Shown piece by piece: positions 52,518-61,106 of a stretch of DNA of 64,000 nucleotides (within the stretch, counting starts at the first letter, position 1; the number at the start of each line of letters is the position of its first letter). A program made the position numbers and the translations under genes. A model generated the notes under the pieces. That model did not search any database. It worked only from the letters and a program-made list of their open reading frames with translations, and was not told the DNA's origin. Origin of the DNA: a virus; IMG/VR virus record IMGVR_UViG_3300045988_138147. One strand, written 5' to 3'.

Positions 52518-53486
52518 ATGGAACGAACTTATGTTTTTAACCAAGACGGTGGAACCGGCGCAAACAATGGCCTGCTTGCGTCCATTCTTCCGTCCTTGCA
52601 GAACCGTGGAATTGACACTGGCTATCTGATGGGGCTGATGGGAGGAAACGGAAACGGAGGTTTCTTCGGAAACAATGGCGGTTTTCAGGACATCATCGCA
52701 TTGATTGTGATTGCAGCCATCTTCGGTAACGGGAACTTCGGATTTGGTGGCAACAACAACCAAGGAGCGAACGAAGGAAGAGAAATGATCATGCAGACAC
52801 TTAACCGAAACGGTGTCGACATTGCAGCATTAGCACAAGCTGTGAACACATCATCAGACCAAATCCTTGCCGGTATTAACTCTGTATCACAGGCTATCTG
52901 CGGTCTCGGCAACCAAATGGGCCAGAACACCAACAGTATCCTCACTGCGATCATGCAAGGTAACAACGCTCTGACATCTCAGATCTGTAGCTGTTGCTGC
53001 GACATGAAACAGCTTGTAACCACACAGGGATACGAGAACCAGCTTGCAATGTGCAACCAGACTAACACATTAGTCAACACTGCTAACCAGAACACATTGT
53101 CATTGCGTGATGGTGCGACAGCCAACACGAATGCCATCCTTGCCAAACTTGACGCTATTCAGAATCAGGCATTGCAGGACAAGATCGCATCTCTTACTGC
53201 GGAAAAGGCTACTTTGACAGCCGAAATCTCTCAGCGTAACCAGAACGCCACTATCCTGAGTGCGGTAGGACAACAGATCGCTCCTTTAGCAGCCGGATTG
53301 CAGGCATTGCAGAGCGATGTTGATGGTATAAAATGTAAATTACCTAACACTGTCCCGGTACAATACCCTAATATTGTAGGTGTGAACGTGGATACATATC
53401 GTGCCGCAGCATACGGTGCTTATGCAGGTGATGCTGTATATGGCCGTGGTGGTTACGGATGCGGTTGCAATAACTACTGGGGTTAA
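52518..53486 (+). CDS. N/Q/G-rich low-complexity protein with one hydrophobic segment and a Gly/Cys/aromatic tail (start MERTYVF)
   Basis: GGNGNGGFFGNNGGFQDIIALIVIAAIFGNGNFGFGGNNNQG ... CSCCCDMKQL ... GRGGYGCGCNNYWG. No family recognised. Confidence 0.65.
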   Translation: MERTYVFNQDGGTGANNGLLASILPSLQNRGIDTGYLMGLMGGNGNGGFFGNNGGFQDIIALIVIAAIFGNGNFGFGGNNNQGANEGREMIMQTLNRNGVDIAALAQAVNTSSDQILAGINSVSQAICGLGNQMGQNTNSILTAIMQGNNALTSQICSCCCDMKQLVTTQGYENQLAMCNQTNTLVNTANQNTLSLRDGATANTNAILAKLDAIQNQALQDKIASLTAEKATLTAEISQRNQNATILSAVGQQIAPLAAGLQALQSDVDGIKCKLPNTVPVQYPNIVGVNVDTYRAAAYGAYAGDAVYGRGGYGCGCNNYWG

Positions 53487-53508
53487 TCCGGTGAGAAAGG
53501 AGGTAGAT

Positions 53509-53925
53509 ATGTGGCCTAACTTTTTTACAGGATTTCCGTTCCCGTTTCCCTCCCTTGGCAGAGTGAATTACAACACTCTCCCTACGGTGGCTGTAACAGT
53601 CGGTACTGAGAATGTGACTTTGGAGCTTCCTAACCATGCGTTCCGCAACAGGGATTATGTCGGAGGGTTCTATGTCAATCTTCGTCAGGCGATCCCTGCC
53701 GGTACGACTGCCACGCTGCCTATATTGATAGGGACCAACGGGGATACAAGACCGTTGTTAGCTTACAACAACGAGCCTATTACGGTTGCCAACCTTGCCG
53801 GAACCGGTATTTATGAAATCCACTATAACAAATACACCAACGAGCTGTTCCTTGTTAATGGCGGATACAGACCTACCGCTACTCCGGCTGCAACGGCAGA
53901 AGCAATGTCAAGCAAAAGCAAGTAG
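53509..53925 (+). CDS. hypothetical protein (start MWPNFFTGFPFPFP; AGGAGG 6 nt upstream)
   Basis: ORF track 53401..53925, trimmed to the ATG that follows the previous stop and an SD-like motif. Confidence 0.6.
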   Translation: MWPNFFTGFPFPFPSLGRVNYNTLPTVAVTVGTENVTLELPNHAFRNRDYVGGFYVNLRQAIPAGTTATLPILIGTNGDTRPLLAYNNEPITVANLAGTGIYEIHYNKYTNELFLVNGGYRPTATPAATAEAMSSKSK

Positions 53926-53973
53926 TTAACACGGGTGCCGGGGTTCTTGGCACCCTATTAAAATTAAACCAAT

Positions 53974-54516
53974 ATGTTTCAATCACTTCGTACCAATAAC
54001 CAGTTATATATACTTCATAAGGATGCTAACCCGTTTATCGAATACGGCCCGGTAGTCAGCGTTTCCGCTCCCAAGCCGAAATATCCTATGGCATCCCCTA
54101 TGGGACAGTTGCCCCAAATGGAAATGGTTGTGGATGTTGTTGTATGTGTCAACGGGCAGAACACGACTTTCCAAAATCTTCCTGCCGGCATGGATATAGC
54201 CGACTTCGGACAGAACGGCAATATCGTAGTGTCATGCTCACGTGATGCGATGAATAACGAGGTCGCTTCTATGAAACAGAAAAGCATAGACATCATCAAC
54301 AGCATGGATTTTCACAATTCCGTCATTGCAGGGTGTGACAAGATGCTTACGCTCTTGAACCCTGAATTTGCCGAGAAACAACGTCAGGAGCAGGAAATAT
54401 CCTCTCTGAAAGGGCAAATGTCGGAAATGAGCAAGAACATGTCTGACCTTATGGAATTGAACAAACGGCTTATGGAACAGCTCGGAGTGGTTGAAACATC
54501 CAAAACAAAGAAATGA
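53974..54516 (+). CDS. hypothetical protein with C-terminal coiled coil (180 aa)
   Basis: ORF track. Confidence 0.65.
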   Translation: MFQSLRTNNQLYILHKDANPFIEYGPVVSVSAPKPKYPMASPMGQLPQMEMVVDVVVCVNGQNTTFQNLPAGMDIADFGQNGNIVVSCSRDAMNNEVASMKQKSIDIINSMDFHNSVIAGCDKMLTLLNPEFAEKQRQEQEISSLKGQMSEMSKNMSDLMELNKRLMEQLGVVETSKTKK

Positions 54517-54800
54517 TTATGGGAATGTGGGAAATATTAGAAGAAGGGCGTGACGATTACGGACGCGGCTTCGGTATGAGAGGTGACGAGGTGGAAGAAG
54601 CCTACAAGGAAGGCTGCCGCCACGGTTACGAAAAGGCCATGAGAGAGATTCATGGAGACATGGGCTTCCGTGATGGCGGAAGAAATTATTCAGGATCAGG
54701 TATGGGAGAACGCAGATATCCCGGCTATTTCCCTGAATATCCCCGCATGGATGACATGGGAGAACGCAGACGCAGACGCACCAACGGTGAGTTTTATTAA
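54513..54800 (+). CDS. R/G/E/M-rich small protein (95 aa)
   Basis: Repeated MG(E/F)R units. The 4-nt overlap suggests coupling. Confidence 0.55.
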   Translation: MIMGMWEILEEGRDDYGRGFGMRGDEVEEAYKEGCRHGYEKAMREIHGDMGFRDGGRNYSGSGMGERRYPGYFPEYPRMDDMGERRRRRTNGEFY

Positions 54801-54840
54801 TGGTGGAGGGGTGGAATGCCCCTCTTTTTAAACAAAGGTT

Positions 54841-55260
54841 ATGGAACAGAGATTGGATACATACAGCAGATTCCCATCTGGCATGAGGGAATATCTGGAA
54901 GCATACGGCTTTCATTTCAGCAAGAAACTTTATGAATGGGCCGTCTCAAAAATGAAAGTGAAAGACGAAACCATGGGTAAAGAAAAAAAGTTGGAGCCGT
55001 GGAGCAAAGATGAAGTGGACGATATGCTGAAAGCGAACGGAATTACCATCGAGCACGACAAGGGTTATGACGTTGCTTATGTCGCAAACATGCTGAAAGC
55101 GGATTTCTATAAAAAATCATTGGTTGACGAGGCACATTTGTGCAAGCATATAAAATGCTACCTTGATGATATTGATGGCGATCCTTGCAGGGCGTTTGAC
55201 GAGTTCTTTGCCACCTGTATAGGTAAAGGGATTCCTGTAATCTGGTCGGATGTGATATGA
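54841..55260 (+). CDS. hypothetical protein (139 aa)
   Basis: ORF track. Confidence 0.65.
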   Translation: MEQRLDTYSRFPSGMREYLEAYGFHFSKKLYEWAVSKMKVKDETMGKEKKLEPWSKDEVDDMLKANGITIEHDKGYDVAYVANMLKADFYKKSLVDEAHLCKHIKCYLDDIDGDPCRAFDEFFATCIGKGIPVIWSDVI

Positions 55261-55727
55261 TTGTTCAGGAGTTCTACATACCAAAATATGGGGACTGGCA
55301 CGTCAAAGTGTATTATGCGGTACACACCTATTGGGCGGATCGGATCATTATGGACCTGTACCGTATAGGATGCAGGGGGAATTCCCTCAAGCGTGCGTAT
55401 CGCAATCTGACCGAAGGCAGAATGAATACCGGTCTAACCTATTCGGACTACAGGAGAAGAGAGACGGTAATGGTGATCTCTTTGACTTCTACCCCCGAAG
55501 AGTTTCAAAATTCGTGGGACCACGAAAAAGGTCATTTGTGCCGGCATATCTCCAAGGCTTTCGGGATTGATCCCTATGGGAGGAAGCGCAGTATCTTAGC
55601 GGATATGTGGGGCAGAAGATGTTCCCTGTTGCCAAGAAGTTCTTATGTGAACATTGCAGAAAGGGACTGGAAAAATAATAATCGAACAGAAGCGTTCTTT
55701 GACTTGTTGGAATTACCGCTGAATTAA
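55257..55727 (+). CDS. small HExxH metallopeptidase-like protein, probably frameshifted near 55578-55580
   Basis: WDHEKGHLCRH carries an HExxH motif. After GGG at 55578-80 the -1 frame reads (W)EEAQYLSGYVGQKMFPVAKKFLCEHCRKGLEK* (stop at 55676-78), which looks far more protein-like than the annotated tail. Confidence 0.55.
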   Translation: MIVQEFYIPKYGDWHVKVYYAVHTYWADRIIMDLYRIGCRGNSLKRAYRNLTEGRMNTGLTYSDYRRRETVMVISLTSTPEEFQNSWDHEKGHLCRHISKAFGIDPYGRKRSILADMWGRRCSLLPRSSYVNIAERDWKNNNRTEAFFDLLELPLN

Positions 55728-55802
55728 AAGTGTTAAATATCTGGTTTGAGTTTATAAAATCAAATTATTTTTCTACTTTTGTAAACTCAAAAAAAACAAA
55801 AT

Positions 55803-56855
55803 GTGCACATGAAAGACATATTTTCAAGACGATTAAAGATTGCCAGAAAGATAAAAGGTATGTCTTTAATGAAACTAAGTAAGGCTATGGACGGCATAGT
55901 TTCAGCTAATGCATTAGCTAAATATGAGAGAGGGGAAATATTCCCTTCCAGCAATGTTATGATAAAGCTGTCATCTGTCCTAGACGTTTCTGTTGATGAT
56001 TTTTTCAGACCTGTTACTGTATGCATAGATGTCGATAGCATAAAATATCGGAAACGGGCTTCTTTAGGTAAAAAAGAAATAGAGTCGATAAATTGTTACG
56101 CTTCGGCTCGTTTAGAGAAATATCTCGAAGTGGAGAAAATGAGTGGGGAGACCTCTGTTTTCTCAATAAACTATTTTGATGTACCTATAAAAAGTGAAAG
56201 TGATGTACTGACTATAGCATCAAGATTTAGACAAGATTTTAATCTTGGCAATTCTCCCATTTCAAATCCAATAGAGATACTTGAAAGTGCTGGAGTCAAA
56301 ATTATAGAAGTTGATGCTTCTCCAAAATTTGATGGCGATAGTTTTACTTGTGGAGATGTGTTTGTGATCGTACTAAACAAGAATTTTACAGCTGAAAGAA
56401 AAAGAATGTCATTGTTTCATGAAACAGGGCATAAAGTTATGAATATTCCTGATGGAATGAATGAGGAACGGTTATGTAACGTATTTGCAAATGAAGTGCT
56501 TTTGCCATCAGATATCTTTATTCAAAAGATAGGAAAGATAAGAAAAGATATTTCATTAGTTGAACTGAAAGATTTACAACGTCAATATGGTATATCGGTA
56601 GAAGCTATGATGGTAAAGGCAAGACAGTTGGGAATTATATCAGAGAATAGATACACCTGTTTTTACAAACACAAGAATTCCTCCAAGAAGTTCAAAAAGG
56701 AAGTTGAGGATAGTGTCTTTCATGAGGAGTATTGCAAAAGATATGAACGTCTAGTATTTAAACTTCTTTCAAATGAAATTATTACGGAGTCAAAATGTGC
56801 CTCATTGTTGGAAACTAACCTTTCTGATGTTCATAATAGATTAAATCTGATATAA
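55803..56855 (+). CDS. XRE HTH fused to ImmA/IrrE (COG2856) metallopeptidase
   Basis: FSRRLKIARKIKGMSLMKLSKAM...ALAKYERGE (HTH) and SLFHETGHKVM (HExxH) in the C-terminal half. Confidence 0.8.
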   Translation: MHMKDIFSRRLKIARKIKGMSLMKLSKAMDGIVSANALAKYERGEIFPSSNVMIKLSSVLDVSVDDFFRPVTVCIDVDSIKYRKRASLGKKEIESINCYASARLEKYLEVEKMSGETSVFSINYFDVPIKSESDVLTIASRFRQDFNLGNSPISNPIEILESAGVKIIEVDASPKFDGDSFTCGDVFVIVLNKNFTAERKRMSLFHETGHKVMNIPDGMNEERLCNVFANEVLLPSDIFIQKIGKIRKDISLVELKDLQRQYGISVEAMMVKARQLGIISENRYTCFYKHKNSSKKFKKEVEDSVFHEEYCKRYERLVFKLLSNEIITESKCASLLETNLSDVHNRLNLI

Positions 56856-57373
56856 TGGATGTAGTAGTAAACGACACAAATATATTCATTGATTTGTTAT
56901 CAGTAGAACTCTTGGAAGAAGCATTCAAACTGCCAATCGATTTTCATACGGTAGATTATGTTGTATCAGAGATTGTTGATAGCTATCAGAAAGAATGTAT
57001 TATGAGCTTGGTTGATAGGGGATTGTTGACAGTAAAGGAGTTTAATGAAATTGAATCATATGAAATCATAAATATGTACGGAAAACGAAGCAATAACGTA
57101 TCTGTTACAGACTGTTCGGTATGGTACTATGCAAAACAGAACAACTACCGACTACTTACTGGAGACGGAAAACTGAGATATAGTGCCATTAATGACGGTG
57201 TTATGGTTTCCGGGATTTTATTCATTACAGATATGCTTGTTGATTATGGAATAGTTGACCCAATTACGATGACTTCAAAACTCAATGAATTATCCAGTGT
57301 AAACAAGAGGCTATCTAAAAAGTTGATTGAGGAATATGTTTCTAAGTATATGAATATGAAAAAGATGTCTTAA
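56855..57373 (+). CDS. PIN-domain protein
   Basis: MDVVVNDTNIFIDLLSVELL is a typical PIN N-terminus with an acidic residue. TAATG overlap with the upstream gene. Confidence 0.65.
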   Translation: MDVVVNDTNIFIDLLSVELLEEAFKLPIDFHTVDYVVSEIVDSYQKECIMSLVDRGLLTVKEFNEIESYEIINMYGKRSNNVSVTDCSVWYYAKQNNYRLLTGDGKLRYSAINDGVMVSGILFITDMLVDYGIVDPITMTSKLNELSSVNKRLSKKLIEEYVSKYMNMKKMS

Positions 57374-57414
57374 AGACAAGTATTGATAAAGTCTTGTTAA
57401 TTCAAAATAAATCA

Positions 57415-57449
57415 AAGCGGTAATTCCCAACGGTTTTACCGCTTTTTTT
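57415..57449 (+). terminator. intrinsic terminator
   Basis: AAGCGGTAAttcccaacggtTTTACCGCTT followed by TTTTTA. Confidence 0.8.
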
Positions 57450-57735
57450 ATGTTAACAGAATATGGAAGAAGATAAGTTGAACATATTGCTTGAGCAGGC
57501 TGATGATGTGCCTCACTGGTATTTCTGCCGTTTACTTGCTGTGATGCGATGGAACGTATAGAGAGGTTCATTTATAGACTGATACCCTTTGTCGTGTTGG
57601 CAAGGGTGATATCGTTGTGCCTGTAATTCCCGTTTTTTCTACCCCCAAAAAGATTAAAGAAAGACCAAGGATATTTCCCCTAGTTTTATAAGAGTTCGCA
57701 TTTGAAAGCCCCTAAATCTTTAGTTTAGCGGTAAT

Positions 57736-58134
57736 TCACTCTATAACCAAATAATAAACCTCTCTATCAGCGTCTGAACAAGTGAATGTCGGCTCATCGA
57801 AGAAGTTCATGTTTAAATGTGCTTTAATAAATTTGTCCTTCCCGTCAGAATCCAACAGCATCAATGTTTTGTCTACTGTTTCAAGTTGTTTCTCTGACAT
57901 ATACGACTTCCAATAGTCAGCACGTGATTCATATCCTTCACAAGGTTGGCTTGAATAATATTCAAGTTCTGATACTATATCACCGACCTTCATTTCTTGC
58001 ACTTCGTTTTCGTTTCCTGAATATCCGAAATAGAACCAATATATTTTCTTCCCTTTCAGTTTCTTGGCTTCTTCAACTGTTAGAACCTTTGCTTCTCCGT
58101 TCTCTATTCTATGTATAAATTCGTTCGTTTTCAT
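57736..58134 (-). CDS. hypothetical protein (132 aa)
   Basis: ORF track. Confidence 0.65.
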   Translation of the reverse strand: MKTNEFIHRIENGEAKVLTVEEAKKLKGKKIYWFYFGYSGNENEVQEMKVGDIVSELEYYSSQPCEGYESRADYWKSYMSEKQLETVDKTLMLLDSDGKDKFIKAHLNMNFFDEPTFTCSDADREVYYLVIE

Positions 58135-58138
58135 AACC

Positions 58139-58348
58139 TTACTTTTTTATTACTGTGTAAAACGGTGCTTCCATCCCTACTTGGCAATACGCCGTTCCTT
58201 TTTCGTCTACCCAAACAGCCTGTCCGTAGCTACTGTCAGGGTGATTGGTTGTGGCGGTTACTTCTACTTCTTCACCGTTCACATTGTTTTTCAATATCGC
58301 TTCCATCAATTGTTCCGCATCATTTACAAATTCTTCAATTTGATTCAT
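58139..58348 (-). CDS. hypothetical protein (69 aa)
   Basis: ORF track. Confidence 0.55.
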   Translation of the reverse strand: MNQIEEFVNDAEQLMEAILKNNVNGEEVEVTATTNHPDSSYGQAVWVDEKGTAYCQVGMEAPFYTVIKK

Positions 58349-58437
58349 AATAAATTGCCCGTCATGCCGATAGCTAAGCGTTAATTGTTTGCAAAATTAT
58401 CATTTATAAATCAGTAATTCGTTTTATAAAGTATGTT

Positions 58438-59202
58438 TTAAAGCATACTTTTAGCGTATTCCGCACGTCTGTTTATCTTAGTGCGCAATGCGGTAAGGCG
58501 ATTCCGTGTAAACTCTTTATTGGTAGCCGTCCTTAATCCCATTGCATTTAGCTTGTCCGCTACTTTGTCAACATCCTGCGGTGTTTGGCAGTCTTGCAGC
58601 ATTACGGCAATCGTCCGGTTTAGCTTGTCGTCCATCGCTTCTTTTCTTCTCTTTTCCCCGTTCACCTTACCTCCTTTTGCCTGTCCGGATGTAGTACCAC
58701 CCAAAGAGGTGCACCAGTTGCCCGATTTTGAGTAAAAGCCGCCTTCTTGCTCTATCTTTTTCTTTCTTGCTTCCAATGCAGCTTTAGTACGGTTCTTTAT
58801 ATTAAGTCGTTCTATCTTAGCAAAAGTTGCCATCATGGATAATTGCAGCTCTATAAGTGGATTCATGTCGGAGCAATCAATATCAAGATTCACGTTTGAG
58901 ATGATTAACCGCAACCCCTTTGGGGCGAAAAATTCGGCTATCATATCACTAAGTTCTATAATGCCACCTCTTGTAAGGCGTGAAACTTCCGACACTATAA
59001 TAGTATCTCCTTTATTCGTCTTTGATAACAATTCGGATAGGTTTCTTTTTTTGTACGAAACGCTTCCGCTTATTCCTTCATCGGAAATAATCTCATCAAT
59101 TTGCAGCCCTTTTGATTCGGCATACTTTGCTATTATATTTCTCTGGCTTTGTGCGTCTTGCTCGTCAGTCGAGAAGCGGTGATAGGCATATATCTTTCCC
59201 AT
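58438..59202 (-). CDS. small serine recombinase (resolvase/invertase family)
   Basis: MGKIYAYHRFSTDEQDAQSQ... (catalytic Ser in the Y.R.ST..Q motif), VSEVSRLTRG, and a C-terminal HTH-like region. Confidence 0.85.
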   Translation of the reverse strand: MGKIYAYHRFSTDEQDAQSQRNIIAKYAESKGLQIDEIISDEGISGSVSYKKRNLSELLSKTNKGDTIIVSEVSRLTRGGIIELSDMIAEFFAPKGLRLIISNVNLDIDCSDMNPLIELQLSMMATFAKIERLNIKNRTKAALEARKKKIEQEGGFYSKSGNWCTSLGGTTSGQAKGGKVNGEKRRKEAMDDKLNRTIAVMLQDCQTPQDVDKVADKLNAMGLRTATNKEFTRNRLTALRTKINRRAEYAKSML

Positions 59203-59340
59203 AATTCAATATCCGTTTTTAAGTTAATACAATTCGTTTAATTCTTCTTAGAAACCGTTGTGCCCCGTCATTTCCTTCAATGTTCCGCACACTATCCAAA
59301 TTACCACCAGTATAAAAAACATAGTTCGTTCCTCCTTATT

Positions 59341-59556
59341 TTAGTTAATAGAAATTTCGGTTTGCTGTTTCTCCCAATCGTATGTGAATGTGGCTGCATA
59401 TTGTTCACGGTCGTACACAAACACCTGATAACCTATTTGCCCGTAACAGCAAAACAATGGTTGTGTACGCAGCATTATGCCGTTCCATGTCTTACCGTTC
59501 AGATACCTTTCCCATGCGAATTTTCCTGCCTCAATGGCGTTTTTTAATCTGTTCAT
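59341..59556 (-). CDS. hypothetical protein (71 aa)
   Basis: ORF track. Confidence 0.55.
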   Translation of the reverse strand: MNRLKNAIEAGKFAWERYLNGKTWNGIMLRTQPLFCCYGQIGYQVFVYDREQYAATFTYDWEKQQTEISIN

Positions 59557-59635
59557 ATCTTTATAATTTTAGTTTGTTATCAGTTCCCGGCGGCGGTGTC
59601 GCTCCGCTTGTTGTCCCCCACGCCGGGATAGTTGG

Positions 59636-59875
59636 TTATTTAAACACATGGTCTATAAATACCGTATTAGTTTGCCATTCTCCGCGCTTTTTGAAAACGA
59701 AATACCCGCGTATAGTTGCCGTTTCTTTCATTCCGTTTGCAAAGTCATAGGCTGCTTGCTGGTTCTTGCCAAACTCTTTATTTATTGATCCGCTGTTATT
59801 GCTTACCCTATAGTGCAGCTTTGCAGGGGCTTTTGTTCTATCTGTAATAATATTCATACTTTCCGTTTTGTGCAA
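59636..59875 (-). CDS. hypothetical protein (79 aa)
   Basis: ORF track. Confidence 0.55.
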   Translation of the reverse strand: MHKTESMNIITDRTKAPAKLHYRVSNNSGSINKEFGKNQQAAYDFANGMKETATIRGYFVFKKRGEWQTNTVFIDHVFK

Positions 59876-59911
59876 TTGCTTGCGGTTAATAATTCGTTAT
59901 TAATATCCTGC

Positions 59912-60124
59912 CTACACCTTGCGCGGTGTAGGCGCGTTGTTTCCTTCCGTGTATTGGTAGCCTGTATTTATTGGCCAATAAGGCGATGAGCCTAAATACT
60001 TTGCCATGCGGTTACGATAACGTGCGTATATGCGAAAGTATTCCATAAATCTGCCGCGCTGCCTTACATAGCTGCTTATTCGCTTCCATTGCTTATTTAA
60101 TTGTTCGGGTGTTTTCGTTCTCAT
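59912..60124 (-). CDS. hypothetical basic protein (70 aa)
   Basis: ORF track. Confidence 0.5.
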   Translation of the reverse strand: MRTKTPEQLNKQWKRISSYVRQRGRFMEYFRIYARYRNRMAKYLGSSPYWPINTGYQYTEGNNAPTPRKV

Positions 60125-60273
60125 ATTCGCTTTGATTTAATTGTAAATAATTCGTTTTTTAATCCTTTTCCGCAATCCCGGCAGCCGTATTACTGCCGGG
60201 GTGTCATAAGATGATATGTTGGCAAAAAGCCCCAACGTACGTCTATGCTAACATGTGGCAATATATTTTATAT

Positions 60274-60522
60274 TTATTCATTTATTACTTCGTATGTTGG
60301 ATATATCCATCTCACTAAATCAGCATTTTGCGTTTCACCGCCATAAAGCCTGAAATATGGTTCTCTCCCCTGCTTTATTCGGTATTCTATATCTGTATGC
60401 TCAAGAATTTGTTCAGGTGTGAAAAATCGTTCATGGATGAAGCATTTTTCACCGCATACATCAATTTGTTTGCCTTGCAAGGCTTTATATCCATTCTTGT
60501 GTATAAATTCGTATATATTCAT
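60274..60522 (-). CDS. hypothetical protein (82 aa)
   Basis: ORF track. Confidence 0.55.
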   Translation of the reverse strand: MNIYEFIHKNGYKALQGKQIDVCGEKCFIHERFFTPEQILEHTDIEYRIKQGREPYFRLYGGETQNADLVRWIYPTYEVINE

Positions 60523-60756
60523 GATTTAATGTTTTTAAGTTCATAAAACTAGTTCCCGTATATTCATCAAAGACCACGGTTAAGCCGATACGGGATAATT
60601 GGTTACTTTTGGTTTTTCCATGTATTGTAGTCATTCGTAGACTCAAAACACATGAAGCCTCCACACACTTTGGCGACATTTGAAGGCGTAAACGGACATT
60701 CTTTAATCGCTTGATATCTTGTTTTTACTTCTGCAAAATAAACTCTCATAATCACT

Positions 60757-61011
60757 TTATTTTATTTGCAATGCTGCGTAGTATCCTCCGATCCATATTA
60801 ATAACTCTTTCGGGGTGAAATACCCGCTTATACGCTTATTCGGGTAACGTGTTGTTATTTCGCCGTTGTCACCATCCGCCAATATTATAGAGTATGTTTG
60901 TTTCGGCAAACTTGATGGATAGAGGGCGAAACCATTTGCCGCACAATATACTTGCAATTGCTTTAATGCTTCTTTTGATGTCATATCCTTAAAACTTATC
61001 TGATTCATCAT
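60757..61011 (-). CDS. hypothetical protein (84 aa)
   Basis: ORF track. Confidence 0.55.
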   Translation of the reverse strand: MMNQISFKDMTSKEALKQLQVYCAANGFALYPSSLPKQTYSIILADGDNGEITTRYPNKRISGYFTPKELLIWIGGYYAALQIK

Positions 61012-61106
61012 TTTTGTTTAAAAATTCGCGTAACTTATCCCTGTCGGTGCCGGAAATGAATATCACAGCACCGAATAACAAAACCAACAAAACCATATTC
61101 AGCTAA

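Noticed and set aside
60485-60679. 64-aa minus-strand ORF overlapping 60274..60522
   Set aside because: It overlaps its neighbour by 38 nt and has an unconvincing sequence. An alternative 48-aa ORF (60603..60749, MRVYFAEVKTRYQAIKECPF...) fits the gap better, but it is also too short to assert.
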